Positions 36,101 to 45,255 of a DNA stretch of 64,000 nucleotides are shown one piece after another. The notes below the pieces were generated by a model, which saw nothing but the letters and a program-made list of their open reading frames with translations, did no database searches and was not told the origin of the DNA. Position 1 is the stretch's first letter, and the number at the start of each line of letters is the position of its first letter. This DNA comes from Rebecca billardiae RCC1528 (taxonomy: Eukaryota > Protista > Haptophyta). The position numbers and the translations under genes are program-made. Location of the stretch: positions 1,364,001 through 1,428,000 of the forward strand of contig OZ251234.1 of NCBI GenBank assembly GCA_965240325.2. Direction: 5' to 3'.

Positions 36101-36198
36101 CGGCGATGAACGCCACCGTGCTGGAATCGGAGGCGCGCTTGCTGACGGCGGCGCTCTGGCGTGAGTTTGCTGGGCCCTCGTCGGATGCCCCCTTGTGA
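30115..36198 (+). CDS. REV3: DNA polymerase zeta catalytic subunit
   Basis: N-terminal [26 protein letters not shown]; Pol B motifs [41 protein letters not shown]; C-terminal CysA and CysB clusters. Confidence 0.96.
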   Translation: [2027 protein letters not shown]

Positions 36199-37252
36199 AT
36201 GACACGGACTATTATTACTGTATCAGCAAACCCCTTAATTCCTTTGGTATCAGTATGGCGTCACGCCACAGGTGGTCTTCCGGCTAGACGCACGCCGAGC
36301 TGGTGATTGCAAATTGAGACCAGGCGTTTTCCCGCTGCGTGACTGGTAAGTTGGCCGATTTCATGGCGACTCCATGCTGTTTTGTGCCTATTTATTTCCG
36401 TGATTTACCACGGGCAATGGGAAGATATTCCACCGCTGCATTTCATCAATCCGCATCATCCGGTTGATGGGTGAGACCCTGAGTCCGGAAATGGGTACTG
36501 GGATGCACGGGGGCAGCCTGGAATATTTCACTCTCCCGGACTTGAGATTCTCGGAGGTGAGTACTTTCGCGGGCATTATGGTAAGGTAATATAGCGTTAT
36601 GATTCCCCTGCGGAGATATTATTTGGGATTTGTGATTTATGGGTACACGAAGGCGCGCGAGCGACTACGTCGACAGTGGCTGAATATGTACCGGAGGCGG
36701 GAAGAGATTTCGTTCCGCCGGTCATCGGCCATTTCAGTCACTGATCTTCAGCTCTTCGCCTGCCCTGCCCTTGACTAATTCTATGATTTAAAGACACAGG
36801 CACGAGGGCGCAGCTCTCCTGATTCGTCTGTAGTGGTACTGGTCGAAGCTTGCAGCAGTTGACTTGACCGACCATCGACGTAGACATTTTCCACGGGCAT
36901 GCCGTCGCGTACAGGCGCCGTACAGCGCCGAGGCAGTGTGCAGCAAACGGGGGTCGGGCCAGGGAATGATGAGAACGTGAGTGGGACTGGGTCGCCGGCT
37001 GGGGAGATGAACCAGCCGGCGGATGCTCCACCACAGCAGTGACCAAACCGTCACCAAGTACCAGAGCAGTCGACTCAATACTGGTAGCGCAGCGGGAATT
37101 TTCGCGGCGCTTCGTCGCCGCCAATCCGTACATAGTTCCACGCGCCGATGAGTGTACGGCAGTTCTAGTACTCCACAGCAAGAGGCGCCGCCGCCGCCAC
37201 ATCACCCGTCCTCGTCGGCCAGCATGATGCGTGCAGCCGTACTTGCCCGACT

Positions 37253-38452
37253 CTATCTCACACGGTACAAATGAATTTGCTCGAAGATCTCGTTCTGCTC
37301 TGCGAGCGCTTCGGAATGGAAGGCGCTTGCGTCTACCGATGCTTCCTCGAGCTCCTCTTGGTGAGGGTACGGATACGAGAGCGGCATCTCCTCGAGCCAG
37401 GCGTCGACATCCACGTCTGCACCCGCGCGCGTGACAGACTCGCGCACAGCTGGCACGGTCACGAGCAGCAGTCCGCGCTGCGTCAGCAGTTGGCGCATGC
37501 ACTTCCACATACCCGCCTGCTCCGCGCGGTCGTGGAAGAACTCGAAGACGTTGTTCATGATCACAACATCCGCTGTGCGTAGCAGCTCGGCGCAGTCACG
37601 CACATCGGCGTGCTGCGCCTGATGGTGGGCAGGCGAGCAGCGCCGCCGCCAGGGGAGGGCGGGGGGTATCAGGGGCTGTTGCTGCAGGCTCAGCAAAACG
37701 CCGCCGTGGCACGCAGCGAGTCTTCACGCACGGGCCGCGCGCACCTCCACGCGACTGCTGAGTGCAAAGCGCCTGATCATATCAGTCTGGAGCTCGGCGA
37801 AGAACGAATTGGTTTCGACCCCGATGATTCGCCTCGCTTCGGTGAACAGGGCGGCTGCGTAGAGCACAGCGCCGAGGCGTGAGCCCACATCGACCACGGT
37901 CTTGTTCTTGAGCTGGTCGCCGAGCACGCGCTCCGAGAAGATGAAGCGCAGCTGCTCGACGGAGAAGGAGTGCGAGATGAAGTTCAGCGGCCGCACGTCG
38001 CGCGGGGCGTTGCCCGCATGGTAGTGCCGGCTCAGCTTGCCCTCGGCGACCAGGTCGTCCAGCTCCGACTCGTCGTACAGGAACGCGTCCACGTGCTCCG
38101 TGTTCTCGGCCGTGAAGCCCTCGAAGATACCCGACGCGGGGAAGTGGATCTCCTCCGCTGGTGCGCATGCACGCGGGCCCATCCGCGTGCGTAGCTCTTG
38201 CCGAATCGCTTCCAGCGCCTCTTCGCTCGACACGTCGCGCGGCATGATGCACGCTGGCCGGGGAGCATCCGCTTCGTGCGTGGCGACGCGGCCAGCGGCG
38301 CGCCAGAGGAACGCGAGGCGCATGTCGGCATGGAGACTGCCGAGCGCAGCTTCTAGAGCGCACTCGAAGGCGGCCTCCGCCCTCGCAAGCGCAGCTGGCC
38401 AACGACCGGAATCGTCGTCGGCCGAGGCACGTGAGCGCTTTCGAGGCGCCAT
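37253..38452 (-). CDS. Class I SAM-dependent methyltransferase, DOT1-like fold (exons 37745-38452, 37253-37618)
   Basis: VVDVGSRLGAVLY, IIGVE and ADVVIMNNVFEFF motifs; GT-AG intron 37619-37744 joins the frames. Confidence 0.85.
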
Positions 38453-38734
38453 CGTGGTGAAGACGAGTATTTTGTGCGCGTTTATTTTTGTCGCGCGCGC
38501 GCATTTATTCAACAAATAAATAGATCGCGTCGTCATCGGATTATCAGCGCGGCAGACGCGCGCAGCACCGCCGCCGCGCGCCGCACCCCGCGCCATCACA
38601 GGCGCCCGGGCCCATCACAGACGCAGAGAGTGAATAGTGCTGACGACCGTACTCGCGCCACCACCACCATCTTCACCAGGCACACTACTGGCCAATCGTC
38701 CGGGCGTCCGGTGCGCGACAGTCCCGCTCTGCGC

Positions 38735-40141
38735 TCACTTTGCCTTGACGAAGCCCCCCGCGCTTGCTGCCAGCCAGAACTCGTGCGCCAGGTCGCCGTC
38801 GTCGTCGCGCTGCAGCGATGGGTCGTCTGCCGTGGGCTCACTCGGCACCAGATCGCCAAAGAGCATGTCCTGCTCATCGACCTCCTGCACGACGGGCTGC
38901 CGTCGGCGCGCCGCCTCTCGCCGCCGAACCCGCTCGGCCTGCGCGACGCGGGCAAGCGCGGCGGCGCGGCGGCGCACAGCGATGTGAGTGGCGGCCCTGC
39001 TGCAGGCTGGCGCGCCCAGCCGCATTGCGCGCGCGGGCACGCAAGGCGAGGCTCGCGCATCGCGGCGCACCTGCAGGTCAGCGAGCGAGCGCGCGCCGCT
39101 TCCCCAGCCCGTGAACGCGCCACTCAGCGCTGCCTCGCCCAGCGACAGCCTGCGTGTGCGCAGGGCCGCGGGCAGGAGGGCGCGCGGGCGCTGTGAGTGC
39201 GAGTGAGCGCGCCACAGGACGCGCACCTCGCGCATGGGCACACGGAAGCGCGCGCACCTGCTGACACTGAGGGCAACGCTGACGTCCAGCACGTGGTGCG
39301 TGACGCTGGCCCAGTAGCCAAGATCAAGCGTGCGCAGCCAGTCCACCCACCCGGGCTCGGCCTCATCCGCCTCGCGGCCCGGCGGCGGCAGGATGCTGCA
39401 GCGCAGCTGCGCCAGCGCGCTCAGAAGAGCGCCGGCCGCGCCGACGGCGAGCGGCGCGTACGCAAACAGGCGCGCGCGCGAGCGGTTGGCCTCATCCACG
39501 AGGCTTGTCGCCGGCACGAGTGCACCTGCCGCGTCCGGCGCACTGCCCCCGCCATCGCGCCGCGCGTGCGGCGCGAGGTAGAAGGCGAGCCATCGGCCGA
39601 TCGCGACTGAGGACAGGAGCACGGCCGCGGCGGCAGCCGCGCACGCAGCGAGAAATCGCGGCTCGGTCACCGCGCCCGCTGGCGGCGCGTCGGCGAGGGC
39701 GTTGTCGGCGCAGGCAAACGCCGCGGCGATCGGCAGCACGAGCTGAGACGCTGCGCTCGCCCAGCTCACGTCGCGGATGCGCGCCAGCGAACGAGCGCAG
39801 CCGAGCGCGTACAGCGCGCACGCGACGGCACGCGTGAGCGTGAGCAGCGAGCCGGCGTCGAGCAGCACGCCGCCGTCAGCGACGCCTGCCAATACGTCGG
39901 CGACAAACGACGCGCCTAGCCCGGCGGCGAAGAGCGAACCGCCGTGCAATCCTGCAGGCGCGTGCCATGGCCGCCTGCACTCGAGCACCACAGCTGCCGC
40001 GCAGCACAACGCCTGGGCGGGCGCGAGGATCGCAGCAGGGCGGTGCGCGCCGAGGGCCCACACCACGCTCTCCAGCGCTCGCGCCAGCACGCCCGCGCCG
40101 ATCAGGCCGAGCGAGTGATACAGAGCTGACTCGTTGGCCAT
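38735..40141 (-). CDS. Hypothetical multi-pass membrane protein (probable in-frame intron near 38940-39070)
   Basis: Several hydrophobic segments, acidic C-terminus, CAG|GTGCGC donor. Confidence 0.6.
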   Translation of the reverse strand: MANESALYHSLGLIGAGVLARALESVVWALGAHRPAAILAPAQALCCAAAVVLECRRPWHAPAGLHGGSLFAAGLGASFVADVLAGVADGGVLLDAGSLLTLTRAVACALYALGCARSLARIRDVSWASAASQLVLPIAAAFACADNALADAPPAGAVTEPRFLAACAAAAAAVLLSSVAIGRWLAFYLAPHARRDGGGSAPDAAGALVPATSLVDEANRSRARLFAYAPLAVGAAGALLSALAQLRCSILPPPGREADEAEPGWVDWLRTLDLGYWASVTHHVLDVSVALSVSRCARFRVPMREVRVLWRAHSHSQRPRALLPAALRTRRLSLGEAALSGAFTGWGSGARSLADLQVRRDARASPCVPARAMRLGAPACSRAATHIAVRRRAAALARVAQAERVRRREAARRRQPVVQEVDEQDMLFGDLVPSEPTADDPSLQRDDDGDLAHEFWLAASAGGFVKAK

Positions 40142-40490
40142 CACCGCCCCGTCGGAATGCGCGATGCGCCGCGCGCTCTGCTCTCCAATCCAGCGCTGGA
40201 GGTTGCCGCGTTGCTCCAGCAAGGTCGATCTCAAGATACAGTCTTGAAGATTGAAGATCATTCTGACGGATGATCAAGATCGATTGTGATTTTCGTGCCT
40301 TGCCTGCCGCCGCCCACCTTGAGTCCCAGCACTGTCGTCAGCTTTCTGTACGTACCATATTCAATATGGGGGCTTGTTCTCCCAACCTGCTCTTCTTGTT
40401 CATCACACCCGGCAAGGGTGACGGTCGTGAGCAGGTCCCCCTCGCCGCCGCCGGACGGGGACGCACGGCCGCGCGGGCGGGGCCGCTGGG

Positions 40491-41223
40491 CAAGGGCCGT
40501 AAGGGCACCCAACCCCCAGTGCGAAAGGCTCGGAGGTTGGGGGGGGTCTGTTTGTCTCTGTGGCCTGCGTCGCCGCCCGGCGTGCTTCGGTTCTCCCTCT
40601 CGCCACGGGCGGCGATGCCGAACCCGGACGGCTCGCCTCTGAGCGGCGCGGGTCGAGGCTCTCCTGGCACCCGCGTGAGTCCGCGAGGCTCGCCTCTTTC
40701 GCCTCTCGGCCCGTGCAATCGGCCGTTGCCAACGCGGCGCGTGAGCTCACTCGTGCCGTGCGCGCCAGCAGCAAACGGAGCGCTCGGGCTGCCTGCACCG
40801 GGCACGCAGGGGCAAGCGTGGGCGTGCGCTGCGCCAGGCAGCGCGCAGCCGGCTGCGCGCGCGCTGCGCCTCGACAGTAACCTCGGCCATGTCCGCCTGA
40901 CTCACTTCCGTTCCCGGCGGTCGGCCGCTCGACTCACGTCGCGCGTCGTGGCCTGTCAGCCGAGCCTGCGCTCGCCGCCCACGTGCGCAGTCGCCGCCGC
41001 GCTCGCCGCGGGGCCGCTCGCCCCCACCTCCGCCTCCACCTCCGCCTCGCCATCAGCACTGTCCGCCTCGCCCGCCGCGCGCCGCTCGCCGCGGCGCCCC
41101 GTCATGCCCGCACCGCCTCGCCTCCCACGTCTTCGGCTCGGGCAGGCAGGCCACTCGCGGATGCGAGCACAACAGACCCCCCCCAACCTCCGCACTGGGG
41201 GTTGGGTGCCCTTACGGCCCTTG
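40491..41223. mobile_element. 733-bp non-autonomous TIR element, 7-bp TSD CGCTGGG, P-superfamily-like
   Basis: CAAGGGCCGTAAGGGCACCCAACCCCCAGTGCG... inverted at ~41171-41223; CGCTGGG at 40484-40490 and 41224-41230. Confidence 0.85.
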
Positions 41224-41289
41224 CGCTGGGGTCGGACTGGGGTCTGGCCGGAGGCTCTTCCCTCGCGCCCAGCCAGAGCGCCGGAGTCG

Positions 41290-42195
41290 ATGGCGACGGA
41301 GGCGCAGGCCGCGCCGCGGTACAATGCCAAGCTGCCGTCCGTCAAGCGCCTCCTGCAGGAGGCTCGTGAGCTTGAGCTCGAGCCGAACGAGCAGTTCCGC
41401 GCGGCCCCGCTCGAGGACAACCTCTTCGAGTGGCACTTCACCGTCGCCGGCCCTGGCGGCACGCCGTTTGAGGGCGGGCGCTACCACGGCCGCCTGCTCA
41501 TGCCGTCCGAGTACCCGCTCAAGCCGCCGGCCGTGATGATACTCACGCCAAACGGTCGCTTCGAGGTGCGCAAGCGCATTTGCCTCTCCGTCTCCGACTT
41601 CCACCCGGAGAGCTGGCAGCCCGCGTGGGGCGTGCGCTCGATCCTGACCGCGCTGGTCGCCTTCTTCCCGACGCCGTCGGACGGCGCGATCGGCGCGCTC
41701 GACTACACGGAAGCCGAGCGCGAGCGGCTCGCCGCATGCTCGCTTCAGTGGGAGTGCGCCACATGCGGCGCGTGCATGCGCACCGCGCTGCAAGTGCGCG
41801 CTGCGGCATGCCCTGCGGCGCAGGCGCCCGCAGCCGCGTGCGCGCCTGTGACGCTCTGCCCGCCAGCGGCCGCTGCGCCCGCTGCTGCTGATGCCCTGAC
41901 GACCATCGCCCAACCGGCTGGCGGTGGTGACGACGGCGGTGTTCTAGCGCCCGCGGCCGACGTGAGCGCAGCCCCACCCGCAGCCGCCGACACTTCGCGC
42001 GCTGAGCCCGCGCTGGCTGGAGCCATGCGCGCTCGTGAGCCGGCTGCGCGTCGGCGCGCCGTGCCGGCGGGGGCAGCTCGAGCAGCACAACACCATTCGG
42101 GCGCTGCCGATCGCATCCTCGGGCAGCTGGCATGGGCCCTCGCAGTGCTCATTGGCGCGCTCGTCCTCAATAAGATCTGGCCACGTGCATCATGA
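41290..42195 (+). CDS. UBE2J1: ER-anchored ubiquitin-conjugating enzyme E2 (Ubc6/UBE2J1/UBC32 type)
   Basis: PLEDNLFEWHFT, YHGRL, TPNGRFE..RICLSVSDFHPESWQPAW; C-terminal transmembrane anchor. Confidence 0.92.
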   Translation: MATEAQAAPRYNAKLPSVKRLLQEARELELEPNEQFRAAPLEDNLFEWHFTVAGPGGTPFEGGRYHGRLLMPSEYPLKPPAVMILTPNGRFEVRKRICLSVSDFHPESWQPAWGVRSILTALVAFFPTPSDGAIGALDYTEAERERLAACSLQWECATCGACMRTALQVRAAACPAAQAPAAACAPVTLCPPAAAAPAAADALTTIAQPAGGGDDGGVLAPAADVSAAPPAAADTSRAEPALAGAMRAREPAARRRAVPAGAARAAQHHSGAADRILGQLAWALAVLIGALVLNKIWPRAS

Positions 42196-43272
42196 GCACG
42201 CGCGTAGGCTCCTGCCGCGCTCGGCGGCCTTGGGGCTAAATGCGTTGTGGCAAGAACTAACAAGACTCAGGCTAAGTACTACGAGGAGAGTCTCGATGAA
42301 CGCCGTGTTGAACGCGCGTGGGTGCGGCGAGGCAAGCCGTCCAGGGGCGTTCGGCGCTGAGGGCGCCTCGACGGCGCGCGTTGTTGAGTATAGTAGGTCC
42401 GCGCCCGCCTGACGGCGGACGCGGTCTGAAACGGGTTCCGTTGGCACTCGGACACTCGGGCGCGCCCCGTGGCGCTGGGGCGGCAGCAGCAGTCGCTGAG
42501 TCACTGCTACTGGCGCTGCCAATTAGTCAGTCCTCGATGAATCATCTGCTGCTATACTCGCGATGCTGTATATATAGTGATCGGTCCGGTCGACTGGCGT
42601 CCGCACTGAGCTAGCCCCGCGCGATCCCGGGGCCGGATATTACGCGTCGTGTTTATATATATATATATTAATAACTATATATATAACTATAGTATAACTG
42701 TTAGCAGTGTTATACTCACTACACTGTTAGGCACTCGGCAGCCAGTAGGCCGCCTGCTGCCAAAGACAGCACGGGCGGTCAACGAGTACGGCACGGGCCG
42801 GATGGCGATGTCATCGGAGCGCGCGGACCGGAAATAAGCGCGCGGATGAGCGCGCCGCCAGCGTCGCGCGGGATGATGGGCCATCGCATATATACTACAA
42901 TTATAGTATACCTAGCCATATATCAACGGTACGTACAATCGCGATACTGCTATACTACCGTTATTTATTATTCGGCCTGATGCTAATTAAATGGCGGCGG
43001 GCTGATTGGGGCGCGCGCGGCGCCTGACGGGCGCGACGATCTGGCAGCGTGCGGCGCGGCGATCGCGGGTCACCGACTCCGCGACGATGAATGATGATGA
43101 CGATTGACGACCGATCGCTCGTCATCATTTCGTCGCTGGCGCGTCTATATACCATATCATTGCTACTCTCAGCAGCAGCATTATTAGCACTATCTGCCGT
43201 GCTCAACTAGTGCTCCGCTCGGCTCCGCCTCCGACCTCGGCCGCGTTCAGCTCAGCGCCGTCAGGGTGGGCA

Positions 43273-45159
43273 TCATCGCTGCCTGGTGAGTGGTGCGGCT
43301 GCGTCGCCCTCCTCGTCGCCGCCGCTCTGGCTGCCAGGCTCGGTGCTGGCTGCCGCCGTCGCCGCCGCCTCCGCCTCCGCCGCCGCCGCCGCCGCCGCTG
43401 CCTCCGCCTCTGCTGCCTCCGCGTCTGCTGCCTCCGCCGCCGCCGCCGCCTCTGCAGCCGCCGCCTCCGCCGCCGCTGCCGCCGCTGCTGCCGCCTCCGC
43501 CGCTTCCTTGTCCGCGCACGCGTCGGCGCACTGCTCGCCCATCCACGCCGGGTTGCGCTCGCACTCGCCCCCAGCCGCCCACCCGGCGCAGAGCTCGCGC
43601 GCCTCCGCGGCGGCCGCGCGCGCCGCCGGTGCGCGGGCGGCGCGCGAGCACGGGTGCGAGCCGTCGTGCACGAGCCGCACGCTGAGCTTGCGCCGCGCGC
43701 GCACGGGGCCGAGGCCGGCGCACGCGACGCGCGCACCGTGCGCCGCCGCCGCCGCCGCGTCGCGCGCGCGCGCGAGCGCGTGCGCACGCGCGACGCCCAC
43801 CGCGGCGACGGCGGCACGGAGCCCCCGCGCGCGCGCCGCGTGGGCGTCGCGCTCGCCCCGCGCGGCGTCGAGCGCCGAGCCGAGCTCGGCCGCCGCCGCG
43901 CCGCAGTGCGCGCGCGCGTCCTCGACCGCGGCGCGCTCGGACTCGAGCGCGGCCGCGCGCGCCGCCTCCGCCGCGGCGCGCTCGGCGTCCAGCGCGGCGC
44001 TGAGCTCGGCGCGCGCGGCGTCGCACGCGGTGAGCGCATCCGACCACGCGCGCGCGTCCGTGTCTGCCTTCGCCTCGCACCCGACGCGCGCGCCCTCCGC
44101 GCGCTCCGCCGCCGCGGCCGACGCGGCAGCGGCCGCGCGCGCGTCTGCGAGCGCCGCTGCGCTGTCGGCGCGCGCGCGCTCGCACGCGGTGCGCTCGGCG
44201 CGCAGCGCGTCCGCGTGCTCGGCCTCGAGGTGCGGGATCGCGCTGCCGTTCCGCAGCGCGGCGGCCCTCGCCTCCGCGCGCGCCGCCGCGGACAGCGCCT
44301 CCGACACCTTCGCCTCGAGCGCGGCGAACTGCGCCTCGCTCAGCGCGGCCGCCTCCACCGCCTCACCCGCGCGCTCGGCAGCGGCGCTTGCCTCGGCCTC
44401 GGCCGCGCCCACGCGCGCGGCGCACGCGCGGCCCGCGTCGAGCTCGGCGGAGACCTCATCGCGCGCGTCGACGAACGCCTGCTCCGCAGCCGCGCGCGCG
44501 CTGACCACCTCCGCCTCCGCCGTCTCGGCGCGCTGCTGCGAGGCGCTGAGCGCGGCCTCGAGCTCAGCGATGCGCGCGCGCGCGCTGCCGAGCTGAGAGC
44601 TCGTGTCGTCGAGCTCGGCGCGGAGGCGCGCGCTTTTGGACTCGGCGGCCTCGGCGCGGCCCTCTGCGCTCGTCTTCGCCGCCTCGAGCACGCGGATGCG
44701 CGCCGCCCCCGCCTCGACGGCGGCGCGCGCGCTGTGGAGCTCGGCCACGTGCGCGCCGTGCAGCTCGCCCTCGCACAGGGCGGTGTGCACGCGGCCGGCC
44801 ACGGCGTGCACGCGGTCGAAGGCCTCGGGCGGCAGTGCGTGCGCGTTCGCCTCACCAACGAGGTGCTGCACCACCTCGCGCACATGCACGCCGTCGCGCC
44901 CCACCGCGTTGAGCGCGCCGAGCAGAGGCACGACGAGCAGACCCCACACGCCGAGCAGGCAGCAGCATGCGCTGCGCGAGCCGCGCGCCGGGCGCTTCGG
45001 CGGCGGCGTGCGCGGCGCGTGCGGCACCGCATGCGCGGTGGCGGAAGCGCGCGGCGCTTTTGACGTCGCCTCCGCGGCAGGTGCGGCCGCCGGTGCGGCC
45101 GCCGAGACGGACGAGGCGGACTGATTGCGCGCACGAGACGCGCTGCTGGACGACGACAT
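43273..45159 (-). CDS. Membrane-anchored coiled-coil protein with a C-terminal ShKT-like domain
   Basis: [19 protein letters not shown] hydrophobic segment, long Ala/Glu coiled coil, [25 protein letters not shown]; possible intron near 43610-43730. Confidence 0.7.
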   Translation of the reverse strand: [628 protein letters not shown]

Positions 45160-45255
45160 CGTGATTGATGCGGCCGCTCCTCCTGGTCGACGTGGCTTCC
45201 TTGGCCGAAAGGTTTTAGCAGCCGTTTTAACTTTTACCAGCCAGCGGTGAGCAGC

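Noticed and set aside
36388-36660. Lower-GC island after REV3
   Set aside because: No terminal repeats, TSD or meaningful ORF identified
40270-41289. 340-aa N-terminal extension of the E2 enzyme
   Set aside because: Runs through a TSD-bounded transposon; homology starts at the ATG at 41290
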